DNA from: Epiperipatus broadwayi
Lineage: Eukaryota > Animalia > Onychophora
Direction: 5' to 3'
Assembly (NCBI GenBank): GCA_028023455.1
Contig: JAQFVV010000009.1
Coordinates: forward strand, 9,300,001 to 9,364,000
DNA: 64,000 nucleotides
The position numbers and the translations under genes were made by a program. This document shows, piece after piece, positions 26,230 to 39,235 of the stretch (position 1 is the first letter of the stretch; each line of letters opens with the position of its first letter). The notes beneath the pieces are model-generated. The model searched no databases. It was not told where the DNA came from and was given only the letters and a program-made list of their open reading frames with translations.

Positions 26230-28400
26230 ATATTTTTTTTTATATAAAAAAAATTAATAAAATGTGTCCACTTAGATACGAACTGAAACCGCTCTCCATG
26301 AGTGAGTAGAACTCTATCGTTTGCCGACACTTTCTCTCGAGAAAAGTCATCTGGATCATCGTCTGGCTCTACCTAAATTTGATCGGAGATTTGGAAGAAG
26401 TGAAACTAAAAAAAACAACTACTGCGGACTACCCCTCTGACTGAATTGGACGTTGGAGGATCAATGACCTATTTAAATATCAACTTACCGGTAAGTTAAT
26501 GGCCATAACTTTTACATAAAGTTTTATGAATAGAGAGTTGAATGAAATGTTATCCCATAATATATTTGGATCGAAAGATTTGCGAACTGAGAAGTGAACT
26601 AAACTGTTACCACGGAAAAATAAGACACCAACTAGTGATTACTTCAATATTTGAATAAAATTATTAAATTCATATGCACAATACTTTCCAATATTATAAT
26701 TTTGTCTTAATCTTAAATATTAAATGTTTGACGGGCTAGAATAAATCTTTATTATTAGCTTAACTTTCATTGTACGTGTATAAAATTAATGTTATGATAT
26801 TTAAGTTTTATATTTAGTTATTTAAATTCAAATTAGTATGCAAATTACCTTTGCTAAATAGATTTATTTTTCTTAATTAAGTCAAAGGGGAATATCTTCT
26901 ACTTAATGGGAATTTTAATCCAGATCGTATAATTATTACTTTATGAGTTACAATATGTTCGATGCAGGCTCAGTGGGTCTAACGACTCTGGCGCCCTCAT
27001 GTAGAAATTAAAAACTGATCCAGCTCACAATTGTACTCGGTAATAATTCTAGGCCGAGCTGATCAGGAAAGGTAGTTATGTTTTTAGAATAATAATGAAA
27101 CCTTCTTTTTTTTAAATAAAATAAATGAACATTTATTTTTCTTTTACATAACTTGATCAACTCGCGCATTTATAATGCGTATAGAGGCCTAGAAATACGG
27201 AAAACGTTACAATATATATACATATATTGATATTGTAATGGCCAAACTAAACTTGTTTTAATTATTTACATTAATCTCATTTATACTGCTACCATCTCAA
27301 TTTAAACATCAGATAGACTGCACATATATATTGAACCAGTCGATCTTAACCCAAGATTGAGCTTCACTGTTCTACCACTTAACCCACATTTCATCCTGCT
27401 TTTTTTTTTTTTTTGTCGTATTTATATAAACTATACGTATATTTCTGAGAAGTGTCTATCAAAGTTATAAATATAAATTTTAAATAAAAATTCTTTAAAT
27501 ATTTTGATATTAGTATCTCTAGATGCGACTCAGATATATACATATATTAACGAAGCTTTTATATATATAAAAGCACAAACAAATATTGTAAATAATTTTG
27601 TATTTTTTTTTCTTAATTATATTTTATTTATTTTGTAAATATTTTTCTTCATATAACTACATAAAATTCAAGAATAAAACTACTAATTGTCCAAAAGTAA
27701 TTAAATGGGCGGGAACATTAGTTTGTTCCATGATTTTAAAAGGAGTTTTTAAATCAAAGTTAATGAAATTAAAATTTAAAACAAAGCTAATTGATTTTAG
27801 TTAGCTGTTATCATTTCTATCAAATCTATTTCCAATCTGGAAATTGATTTGAATTTATTTTTGGACAGTTATCTAACGATTGCATCTCCAATAACAATAG
27901 AAAAAATATTTCTGTAAATTAAAGATTCAATTAGAATTAAGCAGTTTAATTAAAAACATTCTTTGAATAACTCAAAACTGGTATAAATAGGACTGAAAAT
28001 CTATTGTGTGAGAATTTCGTCAATAGTCGCTAGCCAACTCTACATCTGTTTGATTGTTGAAATAGTTTTAAGTAAAGGGGCCTAAGCCGCATTCTCCTCT
28101 GTCTTCAGCCTGACTTTTGCCATGCAGAGATGTAGTTCCTACCGCTCATCAGTGCCCGTGCTGTCAAAGAATCACCAAGGCCAAGAAACATGTTTTAAAT
28201 CAAAGAATGCTGCCCGCCACATAAGATTCGTCTCTACTTCATCTTATAGAGTCATGAGGTAACAAGTCTAAAGTCATTATAATTGTATTACATGAATCCT
28301 AACTCTTTAAAATTAATGTTTTTTGTATATTGAATCTCTTTTGACTCACTAATCGGCGAGTATATTAAATTAATAATTATTTTCTCTGTATCGATTCTCT
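26230..28400. promoter_or_regulatory. CpG-retaining island, a candidate promoter/5' gene region
   Basis: CG dinucleotides are visibly frequent here and rare in the flanks (not computed). There is a candidate minus-strand intron at 26488-26373 (CCG|GTAAGT ... pyrimidine tract TTTAG|G). Confidence 0.4.
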
Positions 28401-31400
28401 TCTATCTAAATTAATATTACTGTAAAACTTTTCATCCAACTCATGATTCCTATTTTTCTTATAATTTAATGCGGTTATAATTTAATTTTAATAATATTTT
28501 TGTATTTTCACTTGATTTTTATTTGTAAATATCAATCAAACTTAGTCTTACAAACTTCTATATCCCGCTGTGGAATAGAAGGGAGGAATTAATGAGTTCT
28601 TGTTATTTATTTCTAAATAACTCAATAAGATTGAGTTTGTATTTTAAATGAATACATGCTTTTAAAAAATATTTTATCTTAAGTTTATACAAAATGTATA
28701 AATACTTTTCAATCTGGGATGGATATTGGTGTCCGTTAATTTTATTGATTTCTTTATTGATCATCATTGCCAAGAAGGCTGGCGACCTTATTCTATTTTG
28801 TTATTTGCACTTTTAAGCGTGTGAATTTTAGTTTTTTTTTTTTATATATGTTAAACAAAATAGTGATTCAAGAAGAGGGAGCAATGCATGCTTCATTAAT
28901 TATAGTTTTAACTTCTGATAAATGACTTTCTCTTACATGGGTCATTATTTTAACATATTATATATTTGTTAAACACTTAAGGTGTTATGTTAGTACTTAA
29001 ACCCCATGATTTTATTTTCTTATAAAAGCATTGCTGGCATATATCAGACATTATTAATGAGTCACATAAGAGCTTTGATCTTGATTCACCCGTACCTCAT
29101 TCCGGGGATTCCTGATCATCTTCGTTTGTCATTCTTCTCCTTAAAGTATATATTTATATACAGCTTTGATTCGCCTATATCTCACTCTGGAGATTCGAAG
29201 CCTTCCACCTTTTTTAGTGTTCTTGTTCATAACACAAGTCTAAGTCTACTCCTTGGAACAAGCAGGTTAGTGTAGTTGAAGCTCTGTATGGCTTTGCCAT
29301 GATTCAGATCCATAGCAACTTCCTACCTACCTTTTTCCTTTCGGTACTCCTCAGCTGGAATCTGGCATACCACCTTATAATCAGAGAATGACATTTTCTT
29401 GGCCGAAGCTGCCACACTCTCTTACTGACATAATGCTAGCATCACAATTTTCTTATATTTCTTTTTTTTTAAGCCTGTTTAGCAAAATAAACCGTAATGA
29501 TGTGTGGTAATGAAACATTTTTCTCTTTATATTTTTCATTGGAGTTTTAGATCCAACTTCTCATGAAGCTGCCCTCCCCTTAAATTGAAATAAGCAATTC
29601 CTGTATTTATAAAGTTTCGCAATCTTGGATCGTTAAATGTCAAAAATGTGTAATAAATAAATGATTTTTTTAGTATACTTACGGATCAGAATGTATCATT
29701 AATTAATTGTTATAAATAAATGCTATGAATTAAAATAAAGCTATGTATCCAAATGCCAAGAGCATCCCACTAAAGTCATCCAAACAGCGAAACTATTATC
29801 GTATCTTTATTTGTGTTTTCTAAAGGTATAAAACGTCCACCAGCCATCCAGATAAATCTATTTTTGTAATATTAAATAAAATGTGATTTTTAAATATATG
29901 TTATGTATTGAAATGCCACACTAAATTGATATCTGTTAAAATAAAAATAATTGAATCAAGTTTGTCAAAGATTTGTAACCAAAATAATAGTTTAAACTGC
30001 GTGACATTGATTATGTATATAAAATCATCTTGAATTTTTGTCAAAATAAATATTTATATTTTTAAACTTAATCCAGTTGTTCGAATCTCCTTGATATATA
30101 TTTATGTATGTTTTTTAACTTACATCTTGGGTTTACTCAATCTCTCATCATCATCACCAGTTGAGTTCTCATGCAAAATGTTGTAGCACCAGGCCAGGAT
30201 AGAATGAATTCATGTTGTATCACCGTAGGTGTTGTCTGTAGTGTTATAAATTTGGGGAATGGGCAAATAGGTTAGAATTCATGATTGCTCCTGACCTGTA
30301 TATCTCGAGCATGATTGCATTCGGGCTACTTTTGCTTAGATTCTAAATCTTGTTGGATGGACATACACTTTCGATTGGTACAATATATATATACATTTAA
30401 ACAATATTTTTTCTAATAGAATAATGATGACCAAGACACAGTCCTTATTTGTAATACCTGGATAAATCATGAAGAAGATAAGTTACTCCCAATAAATGAA
30501 CATGGAATAAATATGAAGGCCAAACAATATTAATATATTATAATGGGCAGGGTGTATTGGAAGCTATTAGTCTTACCGTATCTGCCATACAGGGCACCAC
30601 CAGGCTATTTGCACCTGGAAAATTTATATAGTAGGCAGATACGTAAAGATTCAAATTTTACACATATGTTTTATTTCGACCATGGAGATGCAGAGATTTA
30701 TAAAATATAAATTCTTATTAAAATATATTTCCAATATTAAAAAAATATTTAAAAAAAATAAAATAAAATAAGCCACTGCCAGTAATAACACACAAAAAAC
30801 ATTTATTAATGCACATATATAAACATTTAAAATTGAAGAATAAAATTTATCTTGTTTATATTTTAATATTAATTTTTAAATTTAAATTATTATTTTAAAC
30901 AGTCCGCACAGATGGACATTTTAATAAATTTTACTTTATAATGTTGAGTATAGATAGGCTACATAGATTACTCAGTTAAAAACTTTTCAAAACAATCGTT
31001 TAATCTCAGATTAAAAGTTCGTAGTCAAACCAACGTCTGCTTCCAGATATATAGTCGCAACCAATACAATATGAAGATGCTAGCATAAAACCACGCTGAC
31101 AGGAATGTGCATCTGACAGTGTGGTATTATTTGAAGGACATGATCCTCGTCCAGTACAGAAATGTGTGTCTGTCTGGCAAAGGAATCATGTATATACAAT
31201 AACTAAAGAGAAATGCTACGTATGGGGGAAAGCAGTCTGTCTGCCGACTTAATAGTCCCTATCCATAGAGCTAAAAAAGGATCAATAGCACAGGAAATGG
31301 GTCTGCATCCATTGCAATGCAATGACCACATCCTTGGGTGATGCATTCAGTTGGGCTTTGCCCTGTATGCTAACACGCTTCACATTACATTGATATAAAC

Positions 31401-34400
31401 ACCCATATATCCCTCCACTAGCATCGACCCAACTATGAGACAAATAGCCTGAAATTAAAACCCATTCAAAATAAACATAAACGATTAAAATATAAAGTCA
31501 TTGATGGAATTGCAGAGGGAAATTTACAAGAAACCCAATGGCATTCATCATAAGATGCCCCATTGACACCAATAACTTAAAATATATACAAATAAATATG
31601 TTTACACACTCAGCATAAGGTGTCATATTTACCGATATCTATATATTTTAATCAATATGAAAATAAAAAAATAATTAAACATTAACGAATCTATGCAGCC
31701 ATCTACACCCAACTTAAATTTAATACATTTAAATAATTTAGTCAATAAATATTAATAATAAAAAAATGGAAATGATTAAATTAGCAAACTCAAATATTTA
31801 AAATTAAACATCAATAATTGATTTTGAAATCTTAAAAGTCAGATTAAAGTTCATTTTAAAAATTAGGTTTAGCTTGTCAAATCTTGGCGAAAGTTCTTAA
31901 TTACTCTTTTAAAATTTTTCAGTTCATATCTTACAGTAGAAGACCTCTCTGTTCCTGCTGCCAATTCCTGTGCAGTCTTTATTGGTCACACTTTCATGGA
32001 AGACCAGTCTGTTTTTTCCAGAGATGGCCTTAGCTGGTTCAATTCTGGTACTATTTTATTGTAGGACCCATATGATTCGGGTCTACAATAGTGTCATTCA
32101 TAAATTAACAGTTACTTCATTTGAAATAAGAGAGAGAGAGAGTAAAAAGTGCGCCCTTTCACCCTTCTCAAAAAATCAAGCTGGAACTGTTCTTGAATTT
32201 TTTCTTTTTATATAAATTGTCCAGATTCACTGAACATGGTTTCCTGTTCCAAATTTTCGTTAAGGTCCGAGTGTTGGTTGCTGCTCCTATTGGACATCTA
32301 ATTTTTTTTTTGTTCTCTTATCTATATCTTTCATCTGACTTTTTTATATAAGAGCCCGAAGGGCTAGTTTGCTTTTTGATAATTAATAACACAATCATTT
32401 CCATTTACTGGGATTACATAGGAATCTTTTTCATTTATGTTATTTTTTAATAAAAATATTTAGATTTTTACTTTTTTTTATAAAAAAGTACGTTCAAATA
32501 CCTTTTTTTTTTTAAAAAAAAAATACTTTTAAAGTTTTGCATCTGTGTGAATATGTATATGTTTAACACTTCTTTAATTTTAGCTTTTAGTTTTTATTTT
32601 AATTTTAAATTAATGTAATGGCATATTGTATACCATTACAATATAAAAGGTTAATAAATTATAACAACAATAATTTAATTACAAAATATAATTGTCAGTC
32701 AAAATATAACTTTCTCCATTTTTTTTTAAACTAAACCATTTCTCTAATCTCTTATATTATTGTTTAGATCACACACAAGGAGAAAAACGGTAATTATTTA
32801 TTAAGTGTCAAAAGCTTCTTTAATTAATTTTAAACATTAATTTTCATTACATTTACAGTATTAATATAGTTTATAATAGAGTATCTTTTCCACACAGGAA
32901 ACCCACAATTTTTAATACACTTAAAATGCAATTCTGAATACAGCTGATCTCACAAATATAAAATATTTATTTAACTCAAAAGTTTCTCTAATAGGGATAA
33001 TTATAACTGCTATTTTTCAATAATAATTTAGGAAATCCCAATTCAATAAAACTCTGACTTCTACAGAGATAGCTCATTTTGAGACTGATCCTTAAATCTA
33101 TAAAACAAAATATCCTACATCCCATATAAATATAGAAATATTTTTTATTATCCAACAATGAACAAACAACTACATATATAATATAAACTTACACAAAATC
33201 TAATCCTCAGCAATCAAAAGCAGGGCTAAACAACCCAATTGACTCAATTAAATCATTAACTTAAAACTTATTATTATTATTTAACACTTTGGATACAATT
33301 TTTTCCAGCAAGGATACTTCCATTTAACAAATATTACTACTTTCATTATTACTTTTCTTTGTTTGTTTTAATTGACAATTTCAGAACAGAAATTTTTTTT
33401 TTTTTTCACAAAAGAAAACTTTGGTTATCATGTCTATTAAAGAAAATAAAGTAAATTTTGATTTTAAAATGCAGTTAGAATATTTAACCATAAATGCTGT
33501 CTTTTTTTTTTTAAACAAAACACTCACTTCCTAAAGTTTATTACAAATAAATATATTAAAATAAACTTAAAATACATTAGCATAAAGACAAAACAATTTT
33601 TTTTAAAAAAGCTTACAAAGCCCCAAGTTCCATAGCTGAAATTTGATTACTTCAAGATGGTGAGAATTAATCAATTTATTTTTAAGTAGCCTATCAGATT
33701 CCAGGTACCTAGAGTAAGATTAGCAGCTGGCAGCTTTTTCCTCTTTTACTCACTCAACATAATGAAGATCTGATGTTTCTTGAATAAAGTGAGAATCCAG
33801 AATGAATGACTGCTATCAGAAAAATTGATTTTATATAATTTTTACTTCTTGTTTTTGAACACCCTGATCCAGTTTTCCAACATGTTGATCTTGTTCTTGT
33901 TTTTAACACTTTTTATTTTAATTATAAAATTTTTGTAAATACTTTAATTGATTAATTTGCAAATCACTTTAATTGCCCAAACTTTTTTATTGTTTTTCAA
34001 TCTCTTATCTAAACAGATTTAATCTTTTTTTAATCTAATTTTAATTGAATTGTTTTGTAATTCATTCTTTGATAAAAGAAAATTTTAATTAATTTATCAG
34101 TTTCTCCTAAATTTCAATATTTTTTAATAACTATTACAAACTTCTACATTATTTAATATGACAATAATTTATTTTAATATATTTAATATTTTATTTTAAA
34201 CAATTTGTTCTATTTTGTAGTGCATTATATAATATTTTTTTTAAAATTTTTTAAACTTGTAAATGCAATTTTTATTAGCATCCTAACAACTAAATCATCT
34301 TTCACCTATATGGAAGACCCCATGGTCAACACCAGAATAGAGAAGATATTATTCATTTCAATACATAGTCAATTATACATATATAGTTGTTTGCAATTTA

Positions 34401-36240
34401 TTACAGAATATGAATAAACTTGAACTTGAATTTCAATTTACATATTCCCATATCTTTTCTTCTCTTTCTATACATATATATTATCAATTTTGTTATGCAA
34501 TATTGGGTAGACATTTGAATCCAGATTATCTGTCTGCCTTGCTTTTTGTATATGTACTATGTATGTGTATATATTCAACTGTTAATCTGATTTTGAGTAT
34601 CACAATAAATTGCTTTTGTTATAATTGTCTCACAGCATCTTCTTAACTTAATTTATTAATAATTATTACTAACATTTATAACTAAATTAATACTATTATT
34701 CTTTGTTTTATCTTATTATCTAGTACAAGATTTGAACACCATGAATCTCTTTATAATTATTTTAATAGGATTATGAGTTTGTACAACCATATCTCCATCC
34801 ATTAATTTTTTTTAAAAAAAAAAAACAATTCTGATTCCAATCTTTTCTTTCTTTGTTTCATTTTTTTTTCTCTCTTTATTTTTATTTTTATTTTAAAATT
34901 AGACTAATCATGCTCATAAATAATTTTTAATAATTGGAAACTACATACTAACAATTTGGAATGCACTTTTAATTAACTCAAATTATTTTTGACATTAACC
35001 CATTTTAATTTTTGTTTAAATATCAGCAACAATAGATAGATAAAACAACCCTTAAATAATGCCCCTACAAGACAAAAGCATACCAACTTCCACAGGTGAA
35101 CAGAAGTAAATAACAATACTTACCAGCTGAAAGAACTAGTAGTTTTTAACAGTCTTCTTTCCTTGTTCTAAATATAACTAATGATACTCTTTTACTGACC
35201 AAAAATTGGATGACTTATCCGTTATATGACATCTATCTTCCTCGAAACTTGATTAAATTAATTATTATCAAAGTCAAAAACACTAGATGTCACTTCAATC
35301 AATAAATGAAAATTACCATAAGCTTATTATTTGACCGGTAACAGAAGAAATTATGAAAACTTATTAAGTGGCCTTTACTCTCATTCTGATATCCACATTA
35401 TTAGAGTTTGACTTCATTAGTTTTATATGTCCATTGTATAGGCTAATATTAGTTTGGAATACTAAAAAATTTGGTAATCTCATTTACAATCTAATTAGAG
35501 ATACTTTGATCAATTTGTTTGGTAAAAGTTTTAAGACCACTGCTGTAATTATTTCTTCAATTTACTTATATATATATAAACAAAACACAATTATTTGTCT
35601 ATAGCTGCTTTTAATATAAAATTGGATTTAATATTACGAAATATCAAAAATAAAATAAGTAAACTATTTTTGATATATTTAATTAATTGAATCAAGTTAA
35701 ATTTAAGTTTATGGGTTGTTTTTTTTACATTAATAGTATATTTGGTATATATAAATACTAGATAATTAGAAACTATCATCCAATAATTACATTTAATTAT
35801 CAATAGTTTAATTAATAATTAATTGTAGTATCCAAATTTAGAGTTACATCACAAAATAATAAGTTTCTTATGCTATTAATAAATTTCTTATCATTACTAC
35901 AAAAATCTTCAATATCTATTTTTATGATAGTTTCTAAAGTTTTCAGCAAATAAATACATAATTTTCCCTTCATTCAAATTGTTCATTAATATTTTGATCA
36001 TATTGATTTCATTTCTTTTAATTAAAAAATGAATAAAATTTATGCTCATTTCATAAAATTATTTACTAATTTATTTTGAATAACTCTATTAAATGTATGC
36101 TTACATGATAAAATTATAATTAAATATATCACATAACATATCTTTAAATAATAGCAGTAACTGTGCATGTATATGTATATAATAAAAATAATAATACAGA
36201 AAAGCTTTTTTGGCGCAAATTTATCACTTACATGCTTCTT

Positions 36241-39235
36241 GTGATGTGATGTACTGTGACTTCTTAAATGAAGTCAGGAATCTCTCAGCAACTATGCCCA
36301 AAAAAACCTGTTAGCCACTTTACCTTCTCCTTCCATTCCTCACCCTAAATTTTTCCATAATCTGCTTCATCCCATTTCCACAACATAATCTTTGTCAACT
36401 CTATGGCCATTATATCTAAATCCTCCTTATCTTTTTCCAAACCCAGCATAAAAACCAAAAACCCACTTTCTGTATAGTCACTTTGTTCATATTTATTCTT
36501 CCATAACTTCATTATTTGTACCCTTTCTGCTTTCATGCATTTACATTCAATCAAAAGATGCCTAATATTTTCTATGCCTTCCTTACACAATTTGCAGACT
36601 AAATCAGCCATATTTTATCATTTACGTGTATATTCTCTTGTTGCTATAGATCCCATTCAAGCCTTAAACAATAAACTATTTTCTTTGCTATTATCATAAA
36701 TTAACTCGCACCCAATGTTCTGTTTACTTCTACATATATTTAAATTCTTTTTACTCTCCACACTAGTTCTCCATCTCTCCAACTCCCTTATTAATGCATT
36801 TATTCTTTTATCCCATTCCTTACCACTATAACACTCAACAATCCTCCTAACACAATCATCTGCCTTTTGTACAAGTATACTGATATAAATTCTTTATCCA
36901 AATCTTTTGCATACCACATTACCTTTCTCACCCATCTTGTTGCCTGCCCTTTATTCATAACCTAATTAAATACTATTTTGGCTATTCTTTTAATATCCAT
37001 AAACTGCAACCTACAAAACATTTTCATTTTACTTTTTGCATCTCTCATATAAAAACTTGACCATCCTATTTCTCCTTGAATTGCCTCCTTTGCTGTCCAC
37101 ACCTCTGCATCTAATGCATGTCTTCCTACTTTCCTTTGTACTTTTTTAAGTAATCTAATATCCCTTTACTAACACATAGCACATCATTTTTATATATTAA
37201 CCTTCTACTGCAACTCCCTTCCATACAATTCTAGCAATATCATATTTATTATATGAAAACAATTTTTTTATCAAACCCTTTCTTTTCTTTTCTTCATTTA
37301 TCAATTTTTCCTCCCATTCATCCAAACAATTTTTCTGATTACTTAAGATGATTCCCAAATAACTATATCTATCCATCACACTTAACTTTATATCCCCCAA
37401 TAAAAATTCTACATCTTCTCTTTCCCCAGTATTAACCATCATTATATTTGATTTTTCTTCACTAAATTTAATCCCCATCTCTTTACCCACCCTTGCACAT
37501 GTCCTCAGCATAGCTTACATATCTTCTCTTCTTTCTGCACACAAAAAGATATCCGAAAAAAAAAGAAAGACCCGACAAAGTATATACTCCCTTGTCACCT
37601 ATTAATGGTATCTCTATCCCTCTTGCTAGTCTTTCTATTGCTTTCTCCATTTCATTCAAATACAACAAAATAGGTGACATAGTGCATCCTTGCCTTAATC
37701 CCACCCCATTTTTTCCTTTAACTGATTCTATATCCCCTAATTGATAAGTATAGTAATTATTTTCATATAATTTCTTAATAATATTTACTAAAGCTTCATC
37801 CATTCCCAAATTTGCTAAACTCACCCATAATATATTTCTATTTACTCTATCATATGCCTTCTCTATATCTATAAAACTCATATATAATAATCTACCTGAA
37901 TTCCTACTCATATCCATAAGTTGTGTAACTACAAATAAACTATTTCCTATATGCCTGTCTGACCTAAAACCTCCTTGCATTTCCCCCACTATATTATTCT
38001 CTTCCATCCATTTTGCAATTCTTCCAGCCACCATATATGAGAAAACTTTATATAAAACTGATGTTACCGCTATTGGTCTATAATTATTTAATCTTTCTAT
38101 GATCCTTACCCTTCCCTTTAAATAATAATCTTACTCTTGTATTACTCCAACTACCTGGAAAAATTCTCTTCTGTGCCATCTTATTAAAACATAATAATAA
38201 CTTTATTTTTGCTCTATGCCCTAAATTCATTACCATCTCTACCGCCCATCCATCTAAAGCTCTTGCCTTTCCACTTTTCAATTTCTTCCCTGCCTCATTC
38301 AGTTCATTTTTTGTAAACCTAATATTCCCATTATTAAATGCTTTCATGTTTTCTATCATTAAGTCCTATCCTTCACATCTAACATCTTTTCTATATCCAT
38401 TACATATCTATTTAAGATTCTCTCTAATTTTTCTCTAGAGCTACACTCTATTTCCTCATCATCTAGTAATACTATCTCTCTCCCCCTTACATTTCTCCTT
38501 TTAAGGTAATTCCAAATTTTTTACTTCCATCTCTTCCATTTTTATTAATATCCTCCAACTATTTACTATTCAACTTCTTTTTCTTTTCTACATACTTTTC
38601 CCATTTAGCATTAATATCTTTTTCACTTTCTTTGTTCTTAATAAAACACTTATATTCTCTGCATGCTTCTTTCCTCTCTTTTACACTTTTACTACTCTCA
38701 TTTTTTTATTTTTTTTATTCTTCTGCATATTCTCAACTAAAACCCTATTTGCCACTTTTTCTATTTCATCACACCAGTCCTTATACTCATCCCTAACTAA
38801 CTGTTCCATGGTTTCTTCAACTTGTATTTTATACTCTTCCAACTTATTCTTATCATTCACTCTCCATCCACATCTTTCACTACTGTTTCTACTTTTATTT
38901 CTATTCTCCATCACATTACTAACCATTTTTATTACAATGAAGTTATGATCACTATTACATACTCTCTCTTCATTATCAAACACCTTAAATTTTCTGTATT
39001 TTACTCATTCCTTTTTTCTCTACCAATACATAATATATTGTGTGAAATATATTAATCCTAGACCATAGGTATTGTCCCTCATAAATATTTGATAAATTCC
39101 CAATGCTCAAATTCACTCTCTGACAAAATTACTTCAAAAACTGACAATTCCTATTATCTACGTCATCAATTTCTTCAAGATGTCCATTCATACCCCCTAT
39201 AACCATTAATCTCTTCCCCTTTTCTTTAAAACTCT
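36241..39235 (-). mobile_element. 5'-truncated non-LTR retrotransposon (APE endonuclease C-half, RT, C-terminal CCHC); frameshifted, clade uncertain
   Basis: APE motifs: VIGGMNGH (~39190, GDFN-equivalent) and SDHNFIV. RT motifs: K.GKARALDG, QGGFR, SFIDIEKAYDRV, GLRQGCTMSP, YLGI. Zinc finger: CKLCKEGIENIRHLLIEC. The 3' end has a stem-loop TGACTTC/GAAGTCA (36257-36276) and a (CATCA)2 tail. Confidence 0.93.

Noticed and set aside
26250-26372. Minus-strand peptide SGFSSYLSGHIL resembling DALRD3 C-terminal FSSYYNRVHIL
   Set aside because: The spacing is off by one, and flanking residues and the following RLQLL motif are absent; judged coincidental.
28100-28160. Minus-strand CTGATGAGCGGTAGGAACTAC
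   Set aside because: A small stem is present but there is no correctly placed GAAA or NUH site.
29310-29360. Minus-strand CTGAGGAGTACCGAAAGG
   Set aside because: Stem II would be 1 bp and stem III cannot pair. The region looks more like a decayed LINE endonuclease fragment, which is itself too weak to call.
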